DNA of 64,000 bases from Selaginella moellendorffii. Taxonomy: Eukaryota > Plantae > Lycopodiophyta. Shown here in pieces: positions 39,067-51,800 of this stretch (position 1 is its first letter; every line of letters starts with the position of its first letter). Location of the stretch: positions 348,575 through 412,574 of the forward strand of contig NW_003314354.1 of NCBI RefSeq assembly GCF_000143415.4, given 5' to 3'. Below the pieces are notes generated by a model, which saw only the letters and a program-made list of their open reading frames with translations, had not been told where the DNA came from and searched no databases. The translations under genes were made by a program, and so were the position numbers.

Positions 39067-41435
39067 ATGGTTCCCATGGCGGCGGGCAAGCGCTCGTATG
39101 GCCATATGCTCATGAACGATCCAGGTACTTATCCCTCCTCCGACACCAGCAAGCGCCACCAGTCCTCGTTCCGGCGATCCGACAGCTCGCGCGGCGCGGC
39201 AATCCCCGCCTCGCAGCAGCAATTGATCCAGCAGCAGCAGGAGGAGCTCTTCCGGATCCTCTGCCCGGCGTCGCGGATCGGCAGCGTGATTGGCAAGGGC
39301 GGCAGCATTATCAAGACGCTGCGGCAGCAGACCGGGGCGAAGATCAAGATCGCGGACGCAATCCCTGGCTCAGATGAGCGAGTGATTATAATTGGGGCCT
39401 TTGATGCCGAAGGGGGCGGGGACGAAGACTATCCCGCTGGTAGCGGTGGTGGCGCCCCCGCGGCTCTTGACAAGGATGATCGAGCAATGGACGAGTACAC
39501 GAATGGGAGGGATGTGGCGTGTCCGGCCCAGCTAGCTCTCTTCAAAGTCCACTCGCGGATCCTCGACGCCGACAAGTATGAGGACGATCTGGACGACTCG
39601 GATAGCGTGGAGGAGGATCTCTCGGAGAAAGTTGTGACGAGAATGCTTGTTCCCGAGAACCAAGTTGGCTGCTTGCTTGGGAAGAAGGGGAGGATCATCG
39701 AGCAGATGCGTGAGGAGACGGGGTCGCAGATCCGGATACTTCCCAGAGAGCAGCTGCCGGTGTGTGCATTGCCGACTGACGAAGTTGTCCAGGTATCTAG
39801 CGTGTTTCTTCGTCTTTCCTTCTTCTTCTTCTCATTCTTTTTCCTTTTCTGGACAGGTTGTAGGGGATCGTCCTTCCGTGAAGAGAGCTCTAAACGCGAT
39901 CTCGACTCGCTTGCTGGACAATCCGCCAAAGGATCGCCCCTCGAGTGCATCCTTCCAGTCCGGCAACTTTGGTGGTGGTTCCAGGAGCTCCGGTTTTCCA
40001 GCTAGCGAGCCTTATATCCCGCAACATACTTCGCTGGCACCTCAAACAAGGCTACGAGCTGAGCCGCGAAGTGATTCTGGTGACAATGGCTATCAGTTGC
40101 TGCGACCGACAGCGCCTGGTTTATCAGAGTTTGGGACCGGCAGACACTTGGTTCCAATGGACGAGGAGCTGGTCTTCAGGATTCTGTGCCCAAGCGAAAA
40201 AATTGGCAACATAATCGGCAAGTTCATACAGACGCTTCAAGAGGAGACGGGGGCGAAGATCAACGTTCCGGATGCGGTTCCTGGCTGCGAAGAGAGAGTC
40301 ATCATCGTATCTGCTGTTGAGGTGATAACAGGTTTAGTTTCTTTTTCTCGTTTGCTGCCACCATGCGATGATGAGGAGCTCTTTCTTTCTGTGCAGTCCC
40401 CGGATGATGACCTCTCGCCCGCTCAAGAGGCTGTTTTTCATATCCAGGACAAGCTCAGGGATGATGGAGGAGAGACGTCCGAGCGTGTTGTCACTAGGCT
40501 GCTGGTTCCATCGAATCACGTAGGCTGCCTTCTGGGAAAAGGTGGCAACATCATAAGTGAGATGCGGAACTCGACTAGAGCCATCATCCGAGTTCTAGAC
40601 AGAGAGCAGCTACCACTTTGTGCTCTAGACAATGACGAGGTCGTCCAGGTATGGTTTTGTTTTTAACTTTCTGCTTTCGTCTGCGACGGGACACGGTCTT
40701 TGGACTTCCAGGTTTTAGGCGAAATACGTGTTGCCCGTGATGCTTTGGTACAAATCACCTCAAGACTGCGAGCGAACCTGTATAGAGAGAAAACTGACCG
40801 CTCTGACGACTATGGATACCAGAGATCCACTTCCCCGTTGTCGAACTTCGGTTTGCAAGCGAGTCAGCCACCCGGCATTCAAGCTCCGAGAAGTCCTCCG
40901 TCATGGTTACTACAACAGGTGCTCATTCCTCCCCCCTCGTTTAAATCTCGACTGACAAGTTTTCTTCCATGTCTAGACCGAAAGAGGAGCCTACAATGGT
41001 TTGCCACGGCTTACAAGCTATGCTGGAATCGAGAGAAGCTATGGCTTGGCAGGAGATCGTTCGGCCTTGCCGACTGGCCTTACCAAGTAAGTCACTCTAT
41101 ACAACGTCAGTATCTTAAATTCGAAACTTCTTTGCAGCCTCAGCGTTGTCACGTCAACCAAGATCGATGTTCTCATCCCTGAAGTCACTTTTTCTGCTGT
41201 TCTTGGACAAAATGGAGACAACTTGACACAGATTTCCAAGGTGAGCTCCTGTTTTCTAGAACGGCAATCAAGAACACAAGTCTCTATGCAGATGTCCGGA
41301 GCTAAAGTCACTCTCGCCGATGGATGCACTGCCACCGGCGATAGATTGATCGAGATATCTGGGACTCCAGATCAAACCAACATCGCCAAAACGGTCGTGG
41401 AAGCATTCGCGGCGTCTGGAAACAAGAGGAGCTAG
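39067..41435 (+). CDS. Multi-KH-domain RNA-binding protein (HEN4/RCF3-like, spliced)
   Basis: Five KH-like repeats with GSVIGKGG, GCLLGKKG, GCLLGKGG and VLGQNG. Confidence 0.93.
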
Positions 41436-42049
41436 CGAGAAAGGAGTTATTTAGGAATAAAAATTGTGTGTGAAAGAAAGATTACATTACTTTGCAAAGA
41501 ACCCTAAAAACAGAGCGCAACTCTGTTTTTAGGGCTAGAAGAATTCTAGGAATTTAGGGTGCACTCAAGGAGGAGAGCGAGCGGCAGGCCATCGATTCTA
41601 CCGCTGCATTGCGGAAGCGAGCTCGAAACAGGTGATCGCCTTGCGAAAACCCGCCTCCTCGAGGACAGTTTCTCAGGATCGCCGCTCCATTTGTCCACTG
41701 ACACAGGCGAGTTTGTTTCCCCGTGCTGGAATCGCAGCGATCGAGGCCAGCAGCGGGTCAGGGGCGAGCGTGGCGTCACTGCGCGCTCGAATCAGGCGAG
41801 CGCGGCGAGATTTCTCGGGTGGATTGGGCTACAGGGACGACATTTTCGTTTTAAAGGTAAGGGGGAAATTTTCTTCTTTTTTCTCCCTTTGGTTTTTGGT
41901 TTGAGGACGATGATGATGTCACGTGATTAGGGTTTGTTGTTTGGTGCAAGAAAAGAGAGCGAGGCGGGGAGATGGTGGAGTGAGAGGGGAGGAGGCGCCG
42001 CGCGAAGCGAGTGGAGAATCACAGGAAGAAAAGAGAGATGAAGATGCGT

Positions 42050-43323
42050 ATGGGGGCGCCGAAGCAGAAATGGACAGCAGAGGAGGAGTGCGCGCTGCGC
42101 GCTGGCGTCGAGAAATATGGCCCAGGGAAGTGGAGGGCGATCCAGAGGGATCCAAAGTTTGGACCAGCGCTTGTCGCTCGCTCAAATGTGGATCTTAAGG
42201 TGCGTGGAATCGTTTCTCTGCTTGCTTTGCTTTCTTTCTTTTGCTTGGTTGTTTCTTTCTCTCATCAAAGTTGGTTTTTTTTTTTTTTGCTTTTCCTTGG
42301 CGTTCTGACAGTTCTTTGCTGCAGGACAAATGGCGAAACTTGAGCGTTAGTTCCGGCCAGCCGCGGATTCCCAGGTCGAAGGTGCGTCGTGTGTCGAAAT
42401 CCTCGGAGCGTACTGGCTCCGGGAAGAACCTCAGTGGCAGCAGTGATTCCGAAGAGGGAGAGGGAGAGGAATATGAAGATGAGGACGAGGATGGGAACGA
42501 AACGCCTCCAGTTTACAATCAAAGGAAGCAACTTGGCTCCAGGTATGCGGGAAAGGCTCCTTTTTCTTCTTTCATCTGTATCTGGCTGTGTGTTGCAGGT
42601 ACGATGAGCTCGTGTCTGAAGCCATACTCACACTCAAAGAACCTAATGGTTCAGACATCTCGGCAATCGCAAACTACATCGAGGTGAGGAGTTTTCTTTT
42701 GCTCTCGCTCTTGCCTCACTGTGTTTCCTTTTCGCTTCTCAGGAGCATCAGAGAGTACCATCTAGATTTCGGAAGTTACTCACCTTGAAGTTGAAAGCTT
42801 TGACGGCTCAAGGAAAGTTGGTAAAGGTACGAAACTATATCTCAATTTTACTGTTCAGTCTAAAGATCAGCGTGATAGCCAGGTAGGTAAATCATTCAAG
42901 GTGCGAGACTACTTGTTTTTCGGCAAGACAGCCAAGGGCACACGGTTACGACGGCAAGATCTGGACGAGACGTCGCCAAAATTCCTGAGAACCGCAACCG
43001 CGTTCGACTTGAGTAATGCCAGGTCGAAGATGAAGACGGCGGAGGAGGCTGCGAGGCTGGCCGCTCAAGCCGTCGCAGACGCCGAGGCCGCCGCCGCCGC
43101 AGCCGAACAAGCAGCTAGAGAAGCCGAGGCCGCCGAGGCCGTGGCCGAGGCTGCCGCCGAAGAAGCCGTAGCTCTGGCTGCAAGGTCCGGGAAAGGTATG
43201 TCTCTGTTTACTTCCATCCTTTCGAGTTTTTGTAAGTTTTTTGTTTTGTTGGTGTGCTTTGCAGATCTAATAGCAGCAGCTCCTGTGCCTAGCGAAGCAC
43301 TCCCCGTAGTTGCTGCCATCTAA
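42050..43323 (+). CDS. TRB: Telomere repeat-binding factor (single-Myb histone: Myb + GH1 + coiled coil)
   Basis: [31 protein letters not shown]; [12 protein letters not shown]; TAEEAA..AVADAE coil. Confidence 0.95.
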
Positions 43324-43687
43324 CTCTCCCTCGCCTGGGCGGTCGCATTTTTGGGAAAAGCTGGTTTAACTTTGGTGTCCGTGTGGGTCGCTACGACGAC
43401 CCTTTGTCAACTCACAAGTAAAGCAAAGGCAAGTAAGCAGTGCATCCAAAAACATCATCTCATTCACCATTGCTACCACTTCATCACTCATCACACCATC
43501 TGTAATTTATGAGAGGGACAGAAAGGGAGAGATAGAGCACGATAGAGACAGGGAAAGAAAAGTTTGTATGTTAAAACCACAGGAAGGCTTTGTAATTCCA
43601 ATAGATTCATTCACAGCGAGAGCTTTCTCGCTTCCAAACGCGCGCAAAGTTCTTTTTCTCTCGTGATCTAGCGAAAGTTCGCGTGAT

Positions 43688-45585
43688 CTAACTCGGCTCG
43701 CTGTAGAACGCTTGCAAGCTCGTCCTGCGCAGCGGCTCGCCGCGGAGCGACGCAAACGTCGTGTCGAGGATCTTCACTGCGACGTAATCGCCGGGCTTGG
43801 TGTCCACCAAGTCGCCGCTTTGGTGGTCCGGGACTGGAGCTCTGGAGAAGAAGACTTTCTGGCCGCTGTCGCAGCGTCCTCCCCACTCGTTGGGATTTCT
43901 CTTGTTTGGAGCCTCGATGAGAACGAGCTGCGTCTTCCCGAGCTGGGAATGGTACCTGGCGGCGGATGATCTCTTGAAAGTGGCGATGAGCTCCGAGAGG
44001 CGGCGCTGCTTCACTTCCTCTGGAACGTCGTCTACGTCGTGCCTGTGCGCTGGAGTTTTCTCGCGCATGCTGTACGCGAACATGTAGGCCATCTCGTAGC
44101 CGACGGTCTCGACGATGCTGAGAGTTTGGAGGTGATCTTCTTCGGTCTCACCGCAAAATCCTGAAAGAGAAAAAATTCGAACTTCGAGCAAGCAGAAAAA
44201 ACGAAAAATTTTCTACCTGCGATGAAGTCGCTGCTGAGAGCTACACCCGGGATGATCTCCCGTATCCTCTCCACGAGCTCGAGATACGCCTCGCGAGTGT
44301 AGCCTCGTCTCATCCTCTCCAAAACCCGCGAGCTCCCGCTCTGGACCGGCAAGTGGATGCTGTTGCAGACGTTGTGCTGCTCTCTCATCACGAGCAGCAA
44401 GTCGTCCGGGAAGTCCTTGGGATGAGGCGACGTGAACCGGAAGCGCATCTCGGGATACGTCTCCGCCAGGCACTTGAGCAAGCTCGCGAAACGCAGACCC
44501 GACTCGTTGGTGCGATAGATCGCCGAGAAACCCGAGCTGAGAACGTCCGACTGGAAGTACTTGATCGCGTGCTTGCCTTGTCCCACGACCACAGCCTCGC
44601 TCTTCTTCGTCTTCTTCTTTTCCTCCTCGCGGCGTTGTTCTTCGTCAGGAGTGTCCTCTTCTCCTTCTCTGATTCCCGGAGTGTTGGAGAGATCGCAGTA
44701 GCTGTTTACGTTCTGCCCCAGGAGAGTAACTTCCTTCACGCCCTGCTCCCACAGCTCCCCAACTTCTCTCACGATGGATTCCAGCGGACGCGAGCGCTCG
44801 CGTCCCCGAGTGAAAGGAACAATGCAGAACGAGCACATATTGTTGCAGCCTCGCATGATCGACACAAAGGCGGTCACCGAGTCCTTGGCGATCCTCACCG
44901 GCGAGACGTCGGCATAAGTTTCTTCCAGCGAGAGCAAAGTGTTGATCGCCTGCTGGCCCTGCTCCACCGAAGAAAGCAGCCTCGGAAGATCCCTGTATGC
45001 GTCGGGGCCACAAACCACGTCCACCATCTTGTCCGCCTCGATGAGCTTCTCTTTGAGCCTCTCAGCCATGCAACCGAGAACCGCGACCTTGGGAGGAGGC
45101 CTGGAAGATTTGGTTCCATTCTTCCTCCAGTTAGATTTGATGTGCTTGAAGTAGTTTAGACGCTGCCAGATCTTGTTCTCGGCGTTGTCCCGGATGGCGC
45201 AGGTGTTGATGAGGATCACGTCCGACTCCTCGGGGAGCTGGACGATGTCGCCATAGCCGGCCTTCTTCATGATCGCGAGAACCACCTCTAGATCGTTGAA
45301 ATTCATCTGGCAGCCATACGTTTCCAGATAGAGCTTCCTTCCTTCCAGGATCGACGAGGGCGAGGAAGGCGATTCCTCGGCAGTGCTGGGAAGAGGGAAA
45401 GGGAGACATCCATAGAAATCCAAGAACAAAAATCTGCGCTCTTACGGCAGAATGGCGATGCTTGCTGCCGCTCGCACGCCGCGATTCGCGAATCTCAGCC
45501 GCGCCCTCCCTGTATTCCAATGCTCGCTGGCGAATGTGGAGGCCGCGACGCACAGGCTCCTCCCTGGCACCATAGCCATTTCCAT
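43688..45585 (-). CDS. miaB: tRNA ms2i6A37 methylthiotransferase (MiaB/CDK5RAP1-like)
   Basis: [25 protein letters not shown] radical-SAM motif, SPHP, TRAM domain; start position approximate. Confidence 0.95.
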
Positions 45586-45663
45586 CAATCCTCCATAAAC
45601 CCTAAAACCCTACTTTATCTTTACCTTTATCCCCTTGCGAGTAGAATTAGGGTTCTTCGTGCG

Positions 45664-46242
45664 ATGGAGAGTCCGGGCATTGCCGAGCTCGATCTCTCGG
45701 ACGAGGATGACGCTTTGGAGCCAGAAGAAGAGGAAGCGCAAGAGCAACGCCCTGCCGACGATCTAGAAGTCGAGATTGTCCAGCAGCGGATCGTCTTCAT
45801 CATCCCCGCGTTGCCTCCGAGGCCGGAGATCCACAAGAACAGGAGGAAAGAGAAGCGGCAGCGGCAGCGCGATCGCGATCGCGGCCAGAATCCAGAGCAA
45901 TCGCAGGAGAGGCAGAGGGAGAGGAAGCGCCAGAGAAAGGAGATTATCGTCCCAAGCATCAATCCAGGGGCCTTGGCGAGATTGCTAGCGCCGGGCCAGG
46001 AGGAGAATCTCATTCACAGGACCAAGACACTGTTTTTGAGAAAGAGGGTGGAGAGAAGAGGAGGATTGCGACTGTGGCTGGGCTCCAAGGGGCTGGGAAG
46101 GTTTGCGCGGCTCTTCCAGGAGCACAAGATCGATGTGAGCGAGCTCTCGCATCTCACCATGGATGCTCTCAAGCAGATTGGTGTTCTTCCAGTCGGGCCT
46201 CGCAGAAAGCTTATCGCAGCGATCGAGAAGCTGTGCATCTGA
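45664..46242 (+). CDS. SAM (sterile alpha motif) domain protein
   Basis: WLGSKGLGRFARLFQEHKID..LSHLTMDALKQIGV.PVGPRRKLI. Confidence 0.85.
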   Translation: MESPGIAELDLSDEDDALEPEEEEAQEQRPADDLEVEIVQQRIVFIIPALPPRPEIHKNRRKEKRQRQRDRDRGQNPEQSQERQRERKRQRKEIIVPSINPGALARLLAPGQEENLIHRTKTLFLRKRVERRGGLRLWLGSKGLGRFARLFQEHKIDVSELSHLTMDALKQIGVLPVGPRRKLIAAIEKLCI

Positions 46243-46337
46243 GCGCTTGGACGACGAACGAAGAACAAAATTTCAAAGATTGGAACTTACAAATCTCAAA
46301 TGGTGGTTTCGTATTTAGATTTCGTTCGAGCGAATCA

Positions 46338-47242
46338 TCATCTCCGTGCTTCGAGCTTCTTGGCTTCCTTGGCTGCGAAAACAAAGAGATTCTTGTTTAG
46401 CTTCCAGTGGATGGATTGGGAAAAATCTTCTTTTTACCAGCTTTTTCCTCTTCGCGTTTCTTCGCAGCCTCCACCCTCTGCTGTCTGATCATTGCTAAGC
46501 GTTCTACAGCAAAAACCACACTGTAAAGAGAGAAGAAAAGAGAAGAAACTTTACCAAGATCCTTTCGAGCTTGCTCAGTTTTTCCTTGCTCCTGGAGTTT
46601 GAGATAGCGTTCATGTGCTCTTTGCTTCTCAAGCTCCTCCCTGATCGATCAACGCAAAAGTCAGTTTTTTTTCAAAGATTCTAAAAAAGTTCTCTTTACC
46701 TTTCGCGTCTCGAGAGCTCGGTTGGTCTGTCCAACTACAAAACGAATGGAATAAACGCGATTTCGAAAGCTACTCACTTACATCAACATCTTTCGCTTTG
46801 GTCCCTTTGGCTTTCGCCAAGTTGGGATTCTCCACTTCAATCACGCCTTGAGTGCCTTTCTTCTTCTGCGAAAGAAAGAGCATAACAAAACCAAATGAGA
46901 AGATCAACAATAAAAAACGATGAACGAATACCTCCGGCTCCTCTTCCGATTCTGCCTCAGACTCCTCGGACTCCTCCTCTGGTTCCTCTTCCTGAAGAAA
47001 AAGCGAAGAAAAAAACAAAGAATCGATAGAGAAATCACGACATAGACTCGAGCAAAGCGCGCCTTACCCGTCTAAATGTGCGAGGCTTCCCAGACGTGCC
47101 AGCAGCTGCGTGAATGCGATCAATTCAGCTCCAAGATAGGCAAGCGAGGAAGAAATACGTTACCCATCTCTTCCGGCGTGGAGAAATTTCGCTTGCCCGT
47201 AGGCTTTCCCTTGAACTTCCCGCGGCCTCCGCCCTTCCCCAT
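46338..47242 (-). CDS. 28-kDa heat/acid-stable phosphoprotein (PDAP1-like, spliced)
   Basis: [21 protein letters not shown]; [14 protein letters not shown]; [10 protein letters not shown]. Confidence 0.9.
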
Positions 47243-47408
47243 GACTGGCGAAAGCGCAGCTCCACCGCCGAGAGCGCCTTGGAGCAATAGAGATCCACAA
47301 TAAACAAACCCTAAAACTCGGAGGTCTCGAGTTCGATTCCAATAAGCCCAACAAAAACGTGAACCCTAAAACAGAGTAAATTGAAAATTAGGGCCTTTTC
47401 TGTGAGCT

Positions 47409-48478
47409 ATGGCGTCTTTGGCGCCAGGCTCCTTCCTCTCTCCGCTTAATCCGATCGCGTCCAGCAGGAACACGAGGATTTCAGTGCAATGCGGGCGCGG
47501 CATTGGCTATCTGAGCGCTGGATCCAGTCAATCGTTGAAATTAGGTTCGATTTTGGTGGCAGCAGCAGCCGCGGATCCAGATACTTCGGCGGCAGCAGCT
47601 AAGTCTGACGACTACAATCGAGCAATGCAGCGGCAGATGAGGAATCCGTATGAGTATCACCACGATCTAGGTCGGTGTTCTTCCTCTCCTCGTTTCCATT
47701 TGTCTAGTTCGTGCTGGAATTTGTGTGGATTGAGGGTAATGCAGGCATGCATTTCACTGTGATAGAGAAGAATCTCATCGTAGGTTCGCAACCGCAGTGC
47801 AAAGAGGACATCACTCGCCTGTACGAGGAAGAAGGCGTCCGGGCGATCCTCAACTTGCAGCAAGACAAAGATGTCGAGTACTGGGGTATCGACTTGCCCG
47901 CGATCATGAAACAATCTGCCTCTCATGGCATCGCTTACTTTCGTATCCCGGTACGCTTTCTCATATTTGCTCGATCTTTGCGTTCTACTCCTCGATGGCA
48001 TTCTCAGTTTTGCTCGATCTTTGTTTTACTTTGGTTCCAGGCGCGAGACTTTGATCCAAACTCGCTACGCAACGAGCTGCCAAGAGCAGTAGCTGCTCTC
48101 GAGAGCGCGATCTCCAGCGGCAGCGTTTATGTCCATTGCACCGCCGGCCTGGGAAGATCACCGGCAGTGGCCATTGCCTACCTCTACTGGTTTTGTGACA
48201 TGGATGTAAGTAGAACTTTGCTCTTTTTCTTCTTCAAGCTTGGCATTTTTCTCTTCCAAATCTTAGTTTTGTTCTTCCAGATGGACACCGCGTACTCACT
48301 GCTCACATCCAAGCGCCCGTGTGGGCCAAAGAAAGAAGCGATTCGTGGCGCCACTTATGATCTAGCGAACGACGATCCATTCAAGCTTCCGCTGGAAAAG
48401 CTTCCAGAGGATGCCTTCACGGACGTTTCCGAAGAAGAAAGAAGACTAATCCAACAGCGCGTGAGAAAGCTTCGGTAG
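47409..48478 (+). CDS. LSF2: Phosphoglucan phosphatase LIKE SEX FOUR 2
   Basis: NPYEYHHDLGM, LIVGSQPQ, HCTAGLGR, AIRGATYDLA; transit peptide; no CBM. Confidence 0.92.
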
Positions 48479-48551
48479 AAGTTCTACAATCATGGGAATA
48501 AATTTTAATAGATTTTAGGGCTCTTGGCACTATGAGCCCTAATTCTTGGCG

Positions 48552-49421
48552 ATGATGGAGGCCGCCTACGATCGGCGGAGGTATGACCAGCATCATCCAA
48601 CGCGGCCGCCGCCCCCCAATCCGTCATCGTCATCGTTCTATCCTCGTCTCCCGCAGCAAGCGCCGGCGCCTCCGACTGTGAATCGCGCGGCGCTGCCGCC
48701 CGTGCCTGGAGCTCCTCCTCAATCATGTAAGTCTACTCGCTCGCAGCTCATTGCTGTTGGATCAACGCTTGTTATGCAGCAGGACTTGGTATCAAGGTCG
48801 CGCTCAAGCCACAGTATCGAATGGCGCCTCCGGTGAGGATAAAAATCTCTCTTTGGAGGGCAATTCATGGGTTTTCTTTCTTTTTCTTATCAATGGTTTC
48901 TTACAGGTGCAATTGTCTCCAGTTATCGGAGAAGTTCCAAGAACATCGATCGCCCAGTTTGATTTCGATTTCGAGCGCAAAGTTATAGACGATGCCGAGA
49001 GAGGTGTTCGCACTCAAATCCGGCAACATCAGCTGGCAAATGGCGGTGAGACAGCCTCTGCTAGTGTAAGTTCTTCGCTGTTCTTCGTCTCCAGTGATAG
49101 CAATTTTCTTAGCCTTGTGTGATTCTCCTCTTTTGTTCTGTCTTCCAGCAAGCGAACGACGATCCTGTTATCAGCAAATACTTGTCAATGGGATTAAGTA
49201 GAGAAGCAGTGTCTTTGGGAGTGGCGGCTTACGGCGATGTGCAGGCTAAGGTACCAAAGTTTCCTCTCTCTTTTCTTGCTTACGTTTCTAGCTTCCAGGT
49301 GGTGGAATTTTGCTCTGCGTATAGTCTCCTTAGAGAGATGGGCTTTCCATCCACCGCTGTTGCTGGAGCTCTTGTTATGCACGACAATGACAAGGAGAAA
49401 GCACTCGCACAATTTGTATAG
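48552..49421 (+). CDS. Pro-rich UMA/UBA-domain protein (UBAP1-like)
   Basis: FDFDFERKV; DPVISKYLSMGL; LREMGFP..VAGALVMHDNDKEKAL. Confidence 0.8.
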
Positions 49422-49544
49422 ATAAGTAGAAGGGTTGTCTCCTTTATCTTCGCAAATTTGGATTAGCAACGTAAACACATCAAATTAATAGGAGCCGTTG
49501 GATTTGAGCATTCAACCTGCTTGTTTTAGGGTTTAGGGTATAGC

Positions 49545-51800
49545 GATGCGAGCGGGCAGCTCAAAGCTTGTAGCGCAGAGGTATGGGAGCGGGAAATAGA
49601 TTTTCTACGAGGGCTGTCCCCCGGGAAAAAATAGCGCGGGCGTTTCCCAATCGCCCTCGAGAAATAGTGCTAGTTCCTGTGGCATTTGGTAGAGGAAAGC
49701 TATTGTTCTATTCCATGAGCTCGCTGGATCTTCGTTTTCCGGTTCCGGGGAACAGGTTGCGAGTTTCCAAGCTGTGCGATCATCTCAAGATCTCCAGTGA
49801 TCAGGCTAGCCATCTTGACTGTCAATTGTCCATGCACGAGAAACACACCGACGAGTAGCACGTAGAAGGTGCTGCCGAGAGGAAGCTACTGGAAACGCCA
49901 GAGTTCTCATCGCCTTTGCGGTGACTGGCACGAAATGGCAGCTCTTTGCGAAGAGAGCTTCGGCTCGGCAACTGGAACCATTGACAGGGACTTACGACTT
50001 AAGCGAAAGCGACCGTGTGGAAGTTGCTCTGGTGTTCTTCAAGCTCTACTTTCTAGCAGCTGGTGGTAAGACTTACAGCACTACAGCACTACTTACGGCT
50101 CGTTGTTTCTCATCTTTTTCAGAATGCTGGCGCTGTTTAACGTGCACGAGCGGCTCTAGTAAACGATTCAGCTGGACGTGTCTCAACTGGACTGGTTCGT
50201 GCGGTGGCTTGGCCGAGCGTCAGCACGGTGCGTAAGAACTTCGCGAGGGACGGGGTTGCTGCTCTCGCCGCTCTGCACGGTGCTGGTCTTGTTCATCGCA
50301 TCTGGTGGGCGGATGTTCGGATCTGCAAATTCTCTTTTGGCAAGTGATTTCTCTTTTCCATTAAGGTACGTGGATCCTTTGGTTGCTGGTTACAATGTCG
50401 CTTGACGGACTCGTTGCTTGAAGTTCTGAGCGTCGATTTTGTTTGATTCGGACTTGAGGACAAAGCTCCGAGGACAAACGTGTTGCTTGTACTCCAATCC
50501 GGCAGCAACTCAACGATGACCAGCAAAGACCAAGGGTACCATGCAAGCCAAGGTTCCCCCTCCTGTTTTTTTCTCTCCTGTGCTATGCTTATGTTTGTAA
50601 ACTTCCAGGCCTTGGAACTTTGGTCCGCTTAGAAAGTCTTGCTTAAACAGATCCAGTGACGAGGAGGAGGAAGGCAGAGGTTGTCTTTCTTATCTCCCTT
50701 TTAGTTCCTTCGGCCTTGAACTTAAACCAAGTACGTGCTAGATCTCTCCATTTTGACATGCTCATGTGGTCTCAGGTCCATCATGATGTGTGTGCTAAAG
50801 GCATAATAAGCTGGTGCTGGCCTCCAGAAGCTGGAGAGATATGATTGACGCGGGTATCGCCCTCGTTTCACATAAAAGAAGGCTGCCAGTGTGCAGTGAC
50901 GTCCCCGGCCCTGGCGTTGCATGGCCAGGTTGCTTTGCACGTCTCGTCTGTACTCCACACAAGGTACTATCCACTTATATAAGCAAGATGTGATCCTTGG
51001 CTTTTCATTCTCAAACTTTTAAGCCTTGTATGCAGGCTGCGATTAGGAAATCCTAAGAGCTCTGAGGAAAATCCGTCTTGGCAGCACTGCAACTTTGGGG
51101 ATTCTGAAACAGAGCTAAAGCCGAGCCGCCGACAGTACCCGCATTTATTCCCGCCAGGGCAGCAGCAGCAGCACCGATAAGAAGAAAGGAACATTAGAAA
51201 AATGGCCATAACTTACAGCAGCAGCCGCTACAGCATTCCTTGAAGTGTGAGAAGAAGGGAAGATCATAAAAAACATTAGAAATCAGGCCTACTAGTAGCG
51301 CAGCTGAACGGGCTCACAGATGTGAGAGCGGAGGAAAGACGCAGTTTGGAAAGGAACAGGTGCCTCTACATTTGGAGCTTGGCCAGCAAAGGAAAGAAAA
51401 AAAAGCAGACAGCGATGGTGGCGATGGTGGATTACGGAGAAGGTTTGCTCTTCCAGGTACTTTATACTTACTAGAGCTATGCTGAGACTTTCAAAGGCTA
51501 TACTACCTAACTGTGCTCTCCAGGTGTGGTTTTCTTTGCGGCAGTCAAAGAGAATTTTTCTCGGTCGCGACTCGGGCGCTCCTGCTAGTAGATCCTAGAA
51601 ATGCTCCGCCATTATGACAATGGTTTTCGGAGGCGTGGTAGTCTACCACCACTACCAAGTAAGTCAGTCTATAAGATTGTTGTAGCTACCTGGGAATAGC
51701 TAACTCCAATCAATCAGGTGGTGTGAATTCGATGGAGCAAGCAAGCGGCCTCTGGAAAAGATAAGAAAGCAGGAGGAAAAAAAAAGAATTTTTGAAGAAT
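49545..51800 (+). ncRNA. Candidate multi-exon, structured long non-coding RNA
   Basis: Telo-box promoter at 49524-49539; several canonical-looking GT-AG introns; no ORF continuing across exons; many hairpins in the exons. Confidence 0.4.

Noticed and set aside
49524-49539. Telomerase RNA template or interstitial telomere
   Set aside because: A two-unit motif in promoter position like the other telo-boxes here; no Pol III USE/TATA context recognised.
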